64,000 nt of DNA. Origin: Lingula anatina (taxonomy: Eukaryota > Animalia > Brachiopoda). Under the pieces are notes generated by a model. The model ran no database searches. It saw only the letters and a list, made by a program, of their open reading frames with translations, and was not told where the DNA came from. Every line of letters begins with the position of its first letter. The first letter of the stretch is position 1. Below are positions 12,896-24,067 of this stretch, one piece after another. Made by a program: the position numbers and the translations under genes. The DNA lies in contig CM120648.1 in the NCBI GenBank assembly GCA_051362555.1, positions 659,721 to 723,720 on the forward strand, given 5' to 3'.

Positions 12896-15800
12896 ATGGT
12901 GCTGAAACGATTCCTTGTTTGTGATGTCCTGCTGTGTTTGATTATATTCAAAGGTATGTCTATCCATATGACGTTATTATCATCATGTTTGCTTGATAAA
13001 CTGTAGTTAAACACATGTATCAATAGCCAAGGCACATTGGATTCGAAATCTGCCGAATACCCCAAAAGTATTTGGTATCACGGGACAAATTGGCCCGCCT
13101 GACATCAGGTGTGTTTTTTGTCAAGTTGTGAGCCATGAGGCATAACATTCCCCCCCCCCCCCCAAAAAAAAAAAAAAAATGACTGTCACCCACAATTGTC
13201 AGAGGTCACATAGGCCGGCTGGGCATTTTTGGATTTAAGGTTTTAATTTTTTCGGTGTACCAAAAGTAAAGAAAGTAGAATCATGAAATTTTCATTTTCT
13301 GAAATATTTCTTATAACCCGAAAGGGAAAATTAAACTACGTTTAAATTGCTCTGTTGAATAATTGAAATGAAGGCGAGTGGGAGACACCTGAAAATAAAT
13401 TTGAATGATACCGAAAGTGTAAGATAGTATAACCATGATAGAAACCCTTTTAGCTAAATGACAATTATTGAAGGTAGGGCTATTTAAGGGCTGTAAAATC
13501 CCCATGTGAACATGGGAGCTCCCACCCACCCAAAAATGTATGAGGACTAAAAATATGGTGATGAATGTTTTGAACTGAATGACAACTTTAGGAAATGTAT
13601 ATTTATTTTGGTTAGAATCAGTTGTAGAGCAAGATTGTAAAAGATAATTATTATGTTCAAATTCTAATATTTGTAACAGCTGTAGCTCTAAAAACATAAA
13701 TTGCGTGACAAATTGAAGGCTCTGTCTCACCTTGCGTACAAGAGGTGCGTATGACTATCAGATGTGAACCAAACGCTTAACAAGCGTCAGGCATACCTTA
13801 AATACGCTAAGCGATCGTTATAGATACGTTAAATACATTACTCCTTCGTGATCATTACGTTACGCATGCGCTACGCAAAGGCTAGCTTTATCGGTCACCT
13901 AAAGAGAAACTTACCATATCATTTTAATGTCATTCTACCGCATGCCTAGCTTAGCTATTGCGTTTGAGTAGAGTACGATTTAGACGCTCCTTTACGCTCA
14001 AATGTTTTGAACATTCTTAAAACATCTTATCTCCCTCTGCGTATGCGAACGTACACCAACGTTTACCTGCATACGCGCAGCGTACACCACGAAAATCTTC
14101 GAAATCCTTGCGTTTGCCTGCTTATGTGTAAGTTTTCTCATACGTTGGTGTTAATGACTTTTTGGACAGGGTCTTAAGTAGTAGGACGCTGTCCTCAATG
14201 CTTTCAATTTATTACGGAGCGACATACAAAACTGGTACACTGTATGCGAACTGCTGAAGCAATGTGGGGTAAGAATTGGTCTTCCGAATTCATATATTAT
14301 TTTAGGCCTCAGCTAAGCATGTACCTTCCATTTGATATAGCTGCAAGTACTAGTGCCCGGATCCATACCGCCTTTACAGGCATAGACTAAGTGACTATAG
14401 CCGTAAATCCAATGGTCCTTTTACGTGGCACCTTTAGCGTGTTTGCAAATGTTCTTTTGTTATATTGCAGGTACAACCGCAAGCCTTCTAGGCTTCTGGC
14501 CCCTCCACCCAAACACTCTCGGAGCAGACAGAAGCGGCAATGGCAATGATGCGGTTCTTAATGGTGTCAGCAGTATCATGTACAAATATCCCACGTGGTA
14601 TAACAGCAACGCTCGCCTCACCATAGCTAATGGGGGACGATACGTGGTGACTGGGTCGTTTAGTATCATAAGTTAGTATCGGAAATTATATGTTACATTT
14701 CTCATTACTGTAAAGCATGTTTCCTTTAAGTACTGGAACGTCTTGTAGCCTTTAGTCTCTTTAGGACAAAAATGCCGTACTTGAATAGGCATCGTAACAC
14801 CATGAAAGGTTGACAGTTTAAGTTGATAATAGATAACCGCCATGTTCCAAAAATACAACTGTACATTAGAAACATATTTTGGTTTTATTTATTATCGCAA
14901 TTAAGTTGTATTTTTGAATGACTTTTGCATATAAATTTTATTTCTTATGAACTCGATTCTATAATAATTCAGTGGGTATCCAGCCACGCTATGAGGGTGT
15001 CTTTGGCGTTTATGGCAACGGTGATAATGACGACTTTGTCATATTGGAATATGACGGGGGATTTTCCATCTCTATCGACACCAAGAAGTATGCCATTACT
15101 GCAGTGACGTCAACTGTATCCTGTCCTGTGCAACTAGCGACAAAAGGTGGGTTAAATTCGGGTAATTTTCAAAAGCAGTGGCACGTGGTATAAAACAGAA
15201 TAAAATGGAATTGGAGAAAAAGATCAAAGCGATGTGTCGCCTTCTTGTCGTTTTCGGAGGCTGCTGTTCACCTAATTTCCTCAGCTATGGTATCCACAGA
15301 AACGAGAAAGCATACCATCCTTGTACTCCACTTTTCAGGGGTTTCTTTTTACGACATGTGTACAAAGCTGAAATTGAACGGATTGGACTGTAGAGTCTAC
15401 CAAGAGTATATCGCAATATTTTATGTATGAACTGTGGGCACGCTTTAATGTAAAAGCAGTAATAATGAGCAAGTTATAACATATTTATGTTTTATTGCAT
15501 TACATATTTTGTGCCGTCAAGATACAGTGCACAATGTAGATCCATATATTTTTTAAAAATGCGAGATTTATAGTAATATAAATTGTTGCGCTGTTTTATT
15601 CATTAACCGTAAACTACAAATTTGTTCCAGGGAATAATGTGATTTTTACTTCGGATTCCTGGCTATTTTTGACTTACGACGAGCCTAATCAGGTGATGAC
15701 TCTTCATTACGGCACCAGTACGTCATCTTTGACCGCAGCGACATTTACTTCCATTGTGGGACCGTTTGAAATGTCCGGAGACATTATCATAGGTAATGGT

Positions 15801-18800
15801 GTTCAAAGAACTGTTGACATGTGAATTAACTTGAACAAACAATATTTTTAAAATGCACATAAAGATATCTATATATGATTAAAAGAAAATTGTCTGGCTT
15901 GTAAATGACATCAAAGTGATTTGGTATGTTGGTCTAGAAAAAGGGTTGTAAGAAATAAGCAGGAAGTAAGTTTCTTTACGACATTTTTGCTCCAATCTGG
16001 TTTAGACATTACGGACGTCTTATCTTACTGCATCGACATTTACTTCCATTGTGGGACCGTTTGAAATGTCCGGCGACATTATCATAGGTAATAATGTTCA
16101 AAGGCTTTGTTGATATATATATATATATATGTCTCCTTATGATATCTATACTCGAATCTGGTTTGACCAAAACCTAAGTATGTGTGGATGGCCCAAAATG
16201 TTACGGTGCACTTGCAGAGTGATCAATTACATTGTTTGACTGTTTGTTTTGCTTCAATTTGTTTGTTTGTTTGTTGGATAGTATTGTTCTTTGCTTTGTT
16301 TTGTTTTGTATTTTTTGTTTTGTTTTCACCCACCCCATGAAGCTGAGATGCATGGAGTCCATAACTTTTGCATTCACTTGTTTTTAGGAAGGCGTTATAC
16401 AGGAGGCTGCGACCAGATTCCGTCCAGTAACCGCTTCGCGGGATACTTGGGATGTGTGTATCTATTTGATACATTGATTAGCACGTCCGAGGCGGCCACA
16501 GCCATGGATAAATGCAATGCTGGAGATTACACAGGTGATCTCTCTCTCTCTCTCACTCTCTCACCGTCATGCATGTGTGCACGTTTTGGCATTCACAATG
16601 CGCTTGTGTGACTAATACCAATTTATTTCCTCTAATACCAGTTTATTCCACTCTACATGTAATTCAACTTCAAATTTTACATTCATTCCACTCCAGAAGT
16701 CACAGTGATGGGGGGTGGGGGGGGGGGGGTGCGGAAGCAGAAAAAAATGTTATATAAAATTTTGTGCATTTATCATTCTAATCAGTGCAGTAACACTATT
16801 AAATCATGTTCATGGTCAGACTCAGTAGACCAGTGTGCCAGTGGACCATGCCAAAATGGCGGGACCTGCACAGACGGGCTGTTTTCCTATTCCTGTGCCT
16901 GCGTTTCTGGATTTAGCGGAACCAGCTGCGAAAATGGTAGGTAAATTGCACAAACACGCACAAAAACACGCACACGCACGTATTTGGTCATTCATCCAGA
17001 GCAAAACAGCGAATTCACTTCGCGAAACAAATCTTTGTAAAATAATATAAATAAACCTTTTACATGTTAATCAAAGGAACTCTTTATCCTGTGTTGATAA
17101 TGCAAGCAGGTTTGTGCTCTCCATAAAGAAAATGATTCTTTCTCTCCAATATCATATCTGTAAGATATCGCCTTCTTATTTTCATATTACCACTATACCA
17201 GCACTAACGCAACCAACGACTACACAGGCACCAACAACTGAAGCAACAACTACGCAGTCACCAACGACTGAAGCAGCGACAACGGAGGCACCAACGACTG
17301 AAGCAGCGACCACACAGGCACCAACGGCTGAAGCAACAACTACGCAGGCACCAACGACTGAAGCAGCGACAACGCAGGCACCAACGACTGGAGCAACAAC
17401 TACGCAGGCACCAACGACTGAAGCAGCGACTACGCAGGCACAGACAACGACCCAGGACCTCACTACCAGTAACCCAAGTAAGTATTTTATGCCAAATCTA
17501 CGAAGTATTAATGGATTAAAGCACAGATGAATCGGAACTTCAACTTGTTGAAAAAATTCTTTCTATCGGACTATGCTCCCTTGTTAGATCCGTACTGGTT
17601 TTGTTTTGAAAACAACAATTAACCTCTAATATTTGACCAAGCAAGGTGATACGCTTTATACTTTTTGATTACACATTTCGGATAAATGTGAATACAAATC
17701 AGCAGCGTGCAGAAACAAAATGTGTTTCTCAGAGTGATTTTTCTCTGTGGCGCTAGTGGAGACATTTGTGTTATACGCCCAGTGCAGTACTCATGTTATC
17801 TGAGCAAACCTAAAATCAGAGTAACTTTTTACACGCCAATATTTCGGTATCTAACGAGTATCCGAAATGTCCTTTATAAAAGAAACGGCTTGCAGCTGCC
17901 CTGCAGTAAAATTCAGTTCGAATCTGAGCTTGTGAATACCCGAGCCACGATTATCATTTTAAGTGTACATGTATGTATATGTTTCCTTACTGGAGTTCCC
18001 ACCACAATGTTTTATTTTACAGATTTACCCCCCTCAGACGGCACTGTGTGTCCGAGCGGCTGGTCATTTGGACGCCAGGGCAGTTGTTATCAGTTGCTAT
18101 TTGACCGCACTGACCATTATGACTACAGAAAGGGCTGTACTGACCTAGGGGGCTACCTCGCTGTGGTGAATTCCCGGGAAGAGCAAGACCATGTCATTCA
18201 AATCCTGAACGTAGGCAATTTCTATCTTTCTACCTCATTCCCTCCATCTCTCTCTATTCCTCTATTCATCCCCCTCATTCCCTCCATCTCTCTCTATTCC
18301 TCTATTCATCCCCCATTTCTGTCTCTCTCTTTCTTTCCTATCCGCGTCTGAGTGTTGTATTTCTTCATTTGTAAAATACTTTACATGTTGTCGCCGTGTG
18401 TAAATTAAGTCATCTTTTAGTTCGGAATACGTGATATATTTTAGTCTACCACCTTGGCTAGAGCGTATAAATATTTTAGCTTTCAGATCAAAGAATAATT
18501 TAATATCCTTGTTGGTTTTCTAGAATTTTTCTTCTTATTGTCTATTTTGTCTAACGATTGTAAAAAAGAAACTGGCTTAGATGGCTCAGGATAAAAAAAA
18601 ATGATTGAGTCGATTGACAGGACCGCACACGCACACGTTGTATACGCAAACATACATTGTAGACAAGTTCACATATAATGATTTTTAAGAACATGTATAG
18701 TTGCCTACAGTAATGCAACAAAAGCGTCATTCCTGATACAAATCCCATGCACACTAATCACACACACAATTTTAATATAGAACGTGTTGTTTTCAGTATA

Positions 18801-21458
18801 ATACATCAACAAGCGACGTGATATCAGGGATGTTCGACCCATCCTACAGCCTGGTATATACTGGAGAAGATGGCTCTTATCTGTCGTACTCTTACTGGGA
18901 TGACGGAAACCCGGACACCAGTGGGCTGAAGACACGGGTGCTGTTTAACAAGACCTCCAACTTCAGCTGGATCAATGCAGAGATCAGTGGGGGGCCTAAT
19001 AGAGCTCTGTGTGAAATTAACAGCGGTATGTATGCACCTCTTTCTCGGTACTTTAAGGTATTTTTACTTTTCACTTTTGTCTACTGGATTGGACCCAAAT
19101 TTTACAAAACATTTTCTTTTCCACATACAAAATAAATAGATAGATTTAAGTATAATAAAATTTAATAATAATACAAAATGAAAAAAAAAATTAATTAGAT
19201 AAAAATAAGAATGGAACCCTTTGAAATTGATGACTGCAACCCTGTCTTTTTTTTCTAGGATTTCACGGCTGTTTCAATAATCCAACAACGTACCGAGTTA
19301 AGGTATCGCATTCTCGGCTCATGAACAGTCTTCAGTGTATAGAGTACTGCCGTGGACAGGACATCCCCAAGGCCGCAGTGTCTGGTGCAGACTGCTACTG
19401 TATAAACAGTGAACCAACTGGGAAGCAGTCCTCAAGTGATTGTGCTTTAGGTTGCCCTTACAACCCCGTCCAGCATTGTGGAGGAACCAATAAGGCCAAT
19501 GTTTATTCTGTCTGTAAGTTAGCTCAGACAAATATGATGTTAGTTAACGAGCAGCAAGTCTCTGTAAACAGGATCGGACCGTTACAATTAAATATTACAA
19601 AGGATTATGCCATAATACTGCTATGTTCACAAACACATTATCTACAACTAAAGAAACTTCGGTTTGCTCACTTATTTGATATATATACATCAATTTTCAG
19701 CGTTCTACTACTCCCGTGCTGCATCCTGCAGGCGTCTGGCTGAACAAGGTGTTTTAATAGAGGGGACGTATTGGGTTCAGGAAGAGGCAGGACAAACATC
19801 TAAGAAAGTTCAATGCAATAATAACGGTAATTACTACACAATTAGCATAACCTATGAACTTATTTCCATGCGTTTGAAAACCTTATATCCGTAAATTTGA
19901 TATTTGGCCCCACATCTTTGCGCTAACCACCTGGTTTAGAGGAATTGGGTTACCTCATTTACGACAACATACATATTAGGCCCATGCCATACGCCAGTGG
20001 TACTCTCTCACTCCAGAACTGAAAAACATCATCATCTTTATAGATTAACATTGACCAACACAAGATAACCACCTGGCCATGTTACATCATTTATGATAAT
20101 ATTCTTTAGGTCCATGTCATACACCGCTGATGCACTTTTACGACAACACCTTAACAATTACGACATCATCGACATCCAGCGATGCAAATTATACAGCAAG
20201 CAACGCATTGTAAGTAAAACTGCGTATATTATCTTCCATAACACACGCAGGGTTTTAATTGTTATTACCCTTTTGCTTAAATAAGTTTTAATCTTGCAAA
20301 GAAAGTTTGAGACTAATATGTACACGTGTAAACCGTTAAATAAATTCAATTTATTTGTTACTTTGCTAGTTAGACATTATTCCTAACATACTTAGGCTTG
20401 AGTTTGAACATCGCTCATGGCAGCACCCAAATATGACCCCCCATTATGAATGAATTGACTAATGAACTAATGATGGTGACGTCCCAGTACTTTGGATATT
20501 TCAGCCTCTATGGTGTGTTTGGCGTCGGGTTTGACACGGGAGATGCCAACCCCTGGATTCAAGTGTCGTTCAGTGAACTCTTCATATTTACCGGCATCGC
20601 GACTCAAGGTAAAGCGCCTTGTATTTCCGGATAAGTTTTTGGTGGAAATAAAGTTTGAAGCCGTCAAAAATAATAAGGATGTTATCGCAGCTCTGTCGCT
20701 TCAAGTTCTACATTGTATGTCCGAATCCTGGCTGGTTGTAATAGATGTACATGTGCTAATAGGTTCTAATTTACTTCGAGACATTTGAGCTGCGCCAGAA
20801 AATAGTCATTGAATAAGGTACATATGGTGATAATTGTATTGAAACAGGTGCCAAGGATGTGGACAATATGCAGTGGGTTGGAGGCTACACCATCGACTAC
20901 AGTGAAGACGGTATGAACTGGACACATTACGACAACGGCAACCAGGTGACTATATACAAGTACAAGTATATATATAGGTTTCGTGGAGACCGTGTATTAT
21001 GGTCGCGTTTCCAATCAGACTAATAGCCAACGTAGATCGATCCAACTCTGTAGGGACTCTTGCTGAATGCAATCAGATGCAATTAATTTTTGATTCCATT
21101 TAACGAGAGTCCCGCAGTAATTTCTTATTTCTTTTATAGTTGGCCGGCAACACAGATTTCAACAAAGTGGTACTTAATACCTTTAAGTACCCTTTCTTGG
21201 CTCAGCATGTTCGCTTGCATCCCAACACCTCGACCTGTCACAACAACTGCAGTCTGCGCATGGAGATGTACGGCTGCAAGTACAGTTCCTTTGAACGTAA
21301 GAACTATGTAGTTGTTTGTCTATATGTTATATATGTTATCTCATCAGTTTCTACAGTAATTTACATTCAGAACCAGGTTGGATTTTTTTCATTCAATTCA
21401 ATTTTACTTCATAATTAATTTATATTATATTTTATTTTTTATTCGTTTTATTCATTTG

Positions 21459-21514
<56 letters not shown>

Positions 21515-22910
21515 ATATTTTCTTCATACCATAGGACTATGTGGAAGATAAGTGTACACTTAACCTGTTGTACTCTTTTTAAATGAAGTTCTTATGAAAA
21601 TTATTGTCGGTATAACATTATGTGTGACTGTTTTCTATCATAAACTCACTTTCTGTCATAAACCCACAACTTCCATGTTTCTGCCAATAAATAATTTTCT
21701 TCCATAGATGGCAACTATTACGTTGGGTGTATCGTTGAGACGATGGACCCAAACCTAAGTCCTGCCATGGAACGGGTTATATCAACAAACTGTGGAACAC
21801 CTGCCGCCTGTGTGGACTTATGCAGAGACAATGGGTATCTTTATGCTGGTCTGAGTGGAGGTAAGATACTAACAAATTACAGTGAGTCAATGGGAAATGT
21901 ACATTTATTGAATAATAAACACCAAACTCTTTTTTAATAACGCCATGTCGCAGATACATGTATGCCAATGAATATATTGTCACTGCATTTAAGTGCTTTT
22001 CCCCAACTTCTTCATCGTCACCTGATTGACGGCTTGACCTTATTTTCTTGACAGACAACTGTTCCTGTTCCAACAACGTGGACAAATACGGGCGTTCTTC
22101 GATCTCGTACTGTCACATCACGTGCTCTGGCGATTCCAGTGCTTTTTGTGGAGGGCGCTATCGTTACTCTGTATGGAGGACGTGGGGTAAGATGAAAAAT
22201 TTGGTGTCATATCAATGAACTCAACGTAGTTTCCGTCTTGGGAGTTCAATCTCTTAGTACGTTTTTCTTAAAAGTAAGTAAAATCGTTGCTAAGGGAATG
22301 GATATAAATAACGATTGAGGTGATTCCAACATTTTACTGGATAGGGCCAGAACACTGTTCTCACAGGTGCTTCTGTAGTCTTTCCTAGTAGTTCATCATT
22401 TGGTAACAGATTAGTACCATTCATAATGGTAGCTGAATAAATAAGACAGGAAATAGTAGGCCTATCGGTTGTTAACATAGAAATAGTATCGGGTGTTAAC
22501 AAATGGTAAACCTAATAAAGATAAGACTTAATACTATCAAATGATCATTATTGATGTCATTTTTGAGAAGCCAAAATCTCCTTGTTATTTTTCAGATGTA
22601 CGTTGCCCCGCAGTGCCATCTGTGGGCAATGCCTCAGCCTCCAGTGCAGACAGGGAGCACAATGTCAAGGTCATGTACAGCTGCCTTCCAGGCTTTCAGT
22701 GGCCAGCGGCAACTCTGGAGGAACACAAATCAATCACCTGTCAAGTCAATAACTGGACAGCCACGCCTCCTGCTTGTGAAGGTAAGAAATAAAAGCATAC
22801 AATATATAGTATTTATACTCACGGTTCTAAAATTTTTAAAATGATGATGGATATTCAACTTATCTTCATTACGTCATTAAAGATTGCTTAATGTTTATTC
22901 ACAGGATTTT

Positions 22911-22995
<85 letters not shown>

Positions 22996-24067
22996 TTTTT
23001 TTCTATAATGAACAGCTATTTTAACATTTTACCTCTTTTACCAGTCGCACAGTGTACTGGGAACCCGCAGATCGTCTCCAACGCCACCGTGACGCAGTCT
23101 GGCAACAGATACCAAGATGTCGCCACATACACGTGTATAGAGAACCACGCCTTCCAGGATGGAACGACAGTGAAACAGGCGTCTTGCTTGAGTAGCGGGC
23201 AGTGGGATAACAACATACCATCTGCTTGCATTCGTAAGGACATTTAAAGACAGCGCGTGCATTATTAGACTTTATCATTAAAAATCTGTTAATTGTACTA
23301 ACCAGTAATTACTGTCCATACATGTACAACGTAGCTACAGGATACCTTCAGCATATCCTAAATCAACACGCATATGTAGTATTCAAGAAGGTAATTCCTT
23401 CCTTTAATCGTTTTCACCATTCAACAGGCCCCCAGTGCCCGGCGGTGTCCAGCAGCCTTTCTTACACCACGGTCAACTCGAGTGACCACGAGGCGGGGGC
23501 GGCGGTGAGGTACGAGTGCTCTCCAAATTCCACCTTCAGTGATGGGAGCTCAGAGAGGACACGCCGTTGCCTCGTGTCCGGACACTGGGACATTACGGAG
23601 GAGGCGTGTGGTAAGGGTTACTGTGAGTTGACACCGCACCAGTTTGGTGGGTGGGTTAGGGTGGGTTATTTAATTTAACATATCAACAAGATCATTATAA
23701 TGAATCATTTGAGGTATTCATTTCCTCATCATAAAATTACTTAACAAGGTTGATGGCTACGACAAAAAGGTAGGTAAATTTTCCAAATCCATAGAGCTAA
23801 ACCGTTTGCCTCAAAATCTGTCATTTTTATTCTTTCATTATTCTTTGTCTTATTTTACGGTTTAAGTTTTTCTTACTGCTTTCGGATGTTTCAATGTGAG
23901 TTGGGATGAGAGAGAAACAGGGAGAAGGAGGCGTGGAGAGACGTAGAGGGAGAGGAAGAGATAGAGAGGAGGAGAGGGAGAAAGAGAGCATTTACTTTGA
24001 TTGAGCAGTGTTGTGCGACAGAAAATGTGGTTGTTTCATAGCTGGATCCAGCTTAAAAGAAAACTGA
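12896..24067 (+). CDS. Secreted mosaic lectin/adhesion protein, copy A (~1084 aa): signal-LamG/ConA-like-EGF-Thr-rich mucin-C-type lectin-WSC-short fibrinogen-N-like-FA58C(discoidin)-WSC-3x CCP/sushi
   Basis: 21 phase-consistent exons: 12896-12953, 14471-14671, 14973-15146, 15631-15792, 16388-16534, 16826-16936, 17202-17477, 18023-18210, 18797-19025, 19259-19513, 19701-19826, 20110-20209, 20505-20608, 20848-20945, 21140-21296, 21708-21860, 22055-22186, 22596-22781, 23045-23233, 23428-23610, 24042-24067 (sum 3255 nt). Signal [23 protein letters not shown]; [15 protein letters not shown] and [13 protein letters not shown] (LamG_3); [12 protein letters not shown] (EGF); [20 protein letters not shown] (FA58C). 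Ends [12 protein letters not shown], with no TM segment. Confidence 0.88.
13735..14176. mobile_element. Non-autonomous DNA-transposon-like insertion in intron 1 of copy A
   Basis: CpG-rich block of short palindromes (acgtt, gcgtat, tacgc) ending ...GGACAGGGTCTTAA; no counterpart in arm B. Confidence 0.45.
17215..17450 (+). repeat. Coding 30-bp minisatellite ([10 protein letters not shown]), ~8 units, copy A
   Basis: Direct inspection of the mucin exon. Confidence 0.95.
21460..21513. repeat. (ATT)n microsatellite
   Basis: Direct inspection; similar tracts at ~45035-45087, ~49718-49746 and ~51024-51073. Confidence 0.95.

Noticed and set aside
14244-14275. ATG...TGGG/GTAAG as the first coding exon of lectin copy A
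   Set aside because: Not hydrophobic and absent from arm B; 12896-12953 gives a proper signal peptide conserved in both arms.
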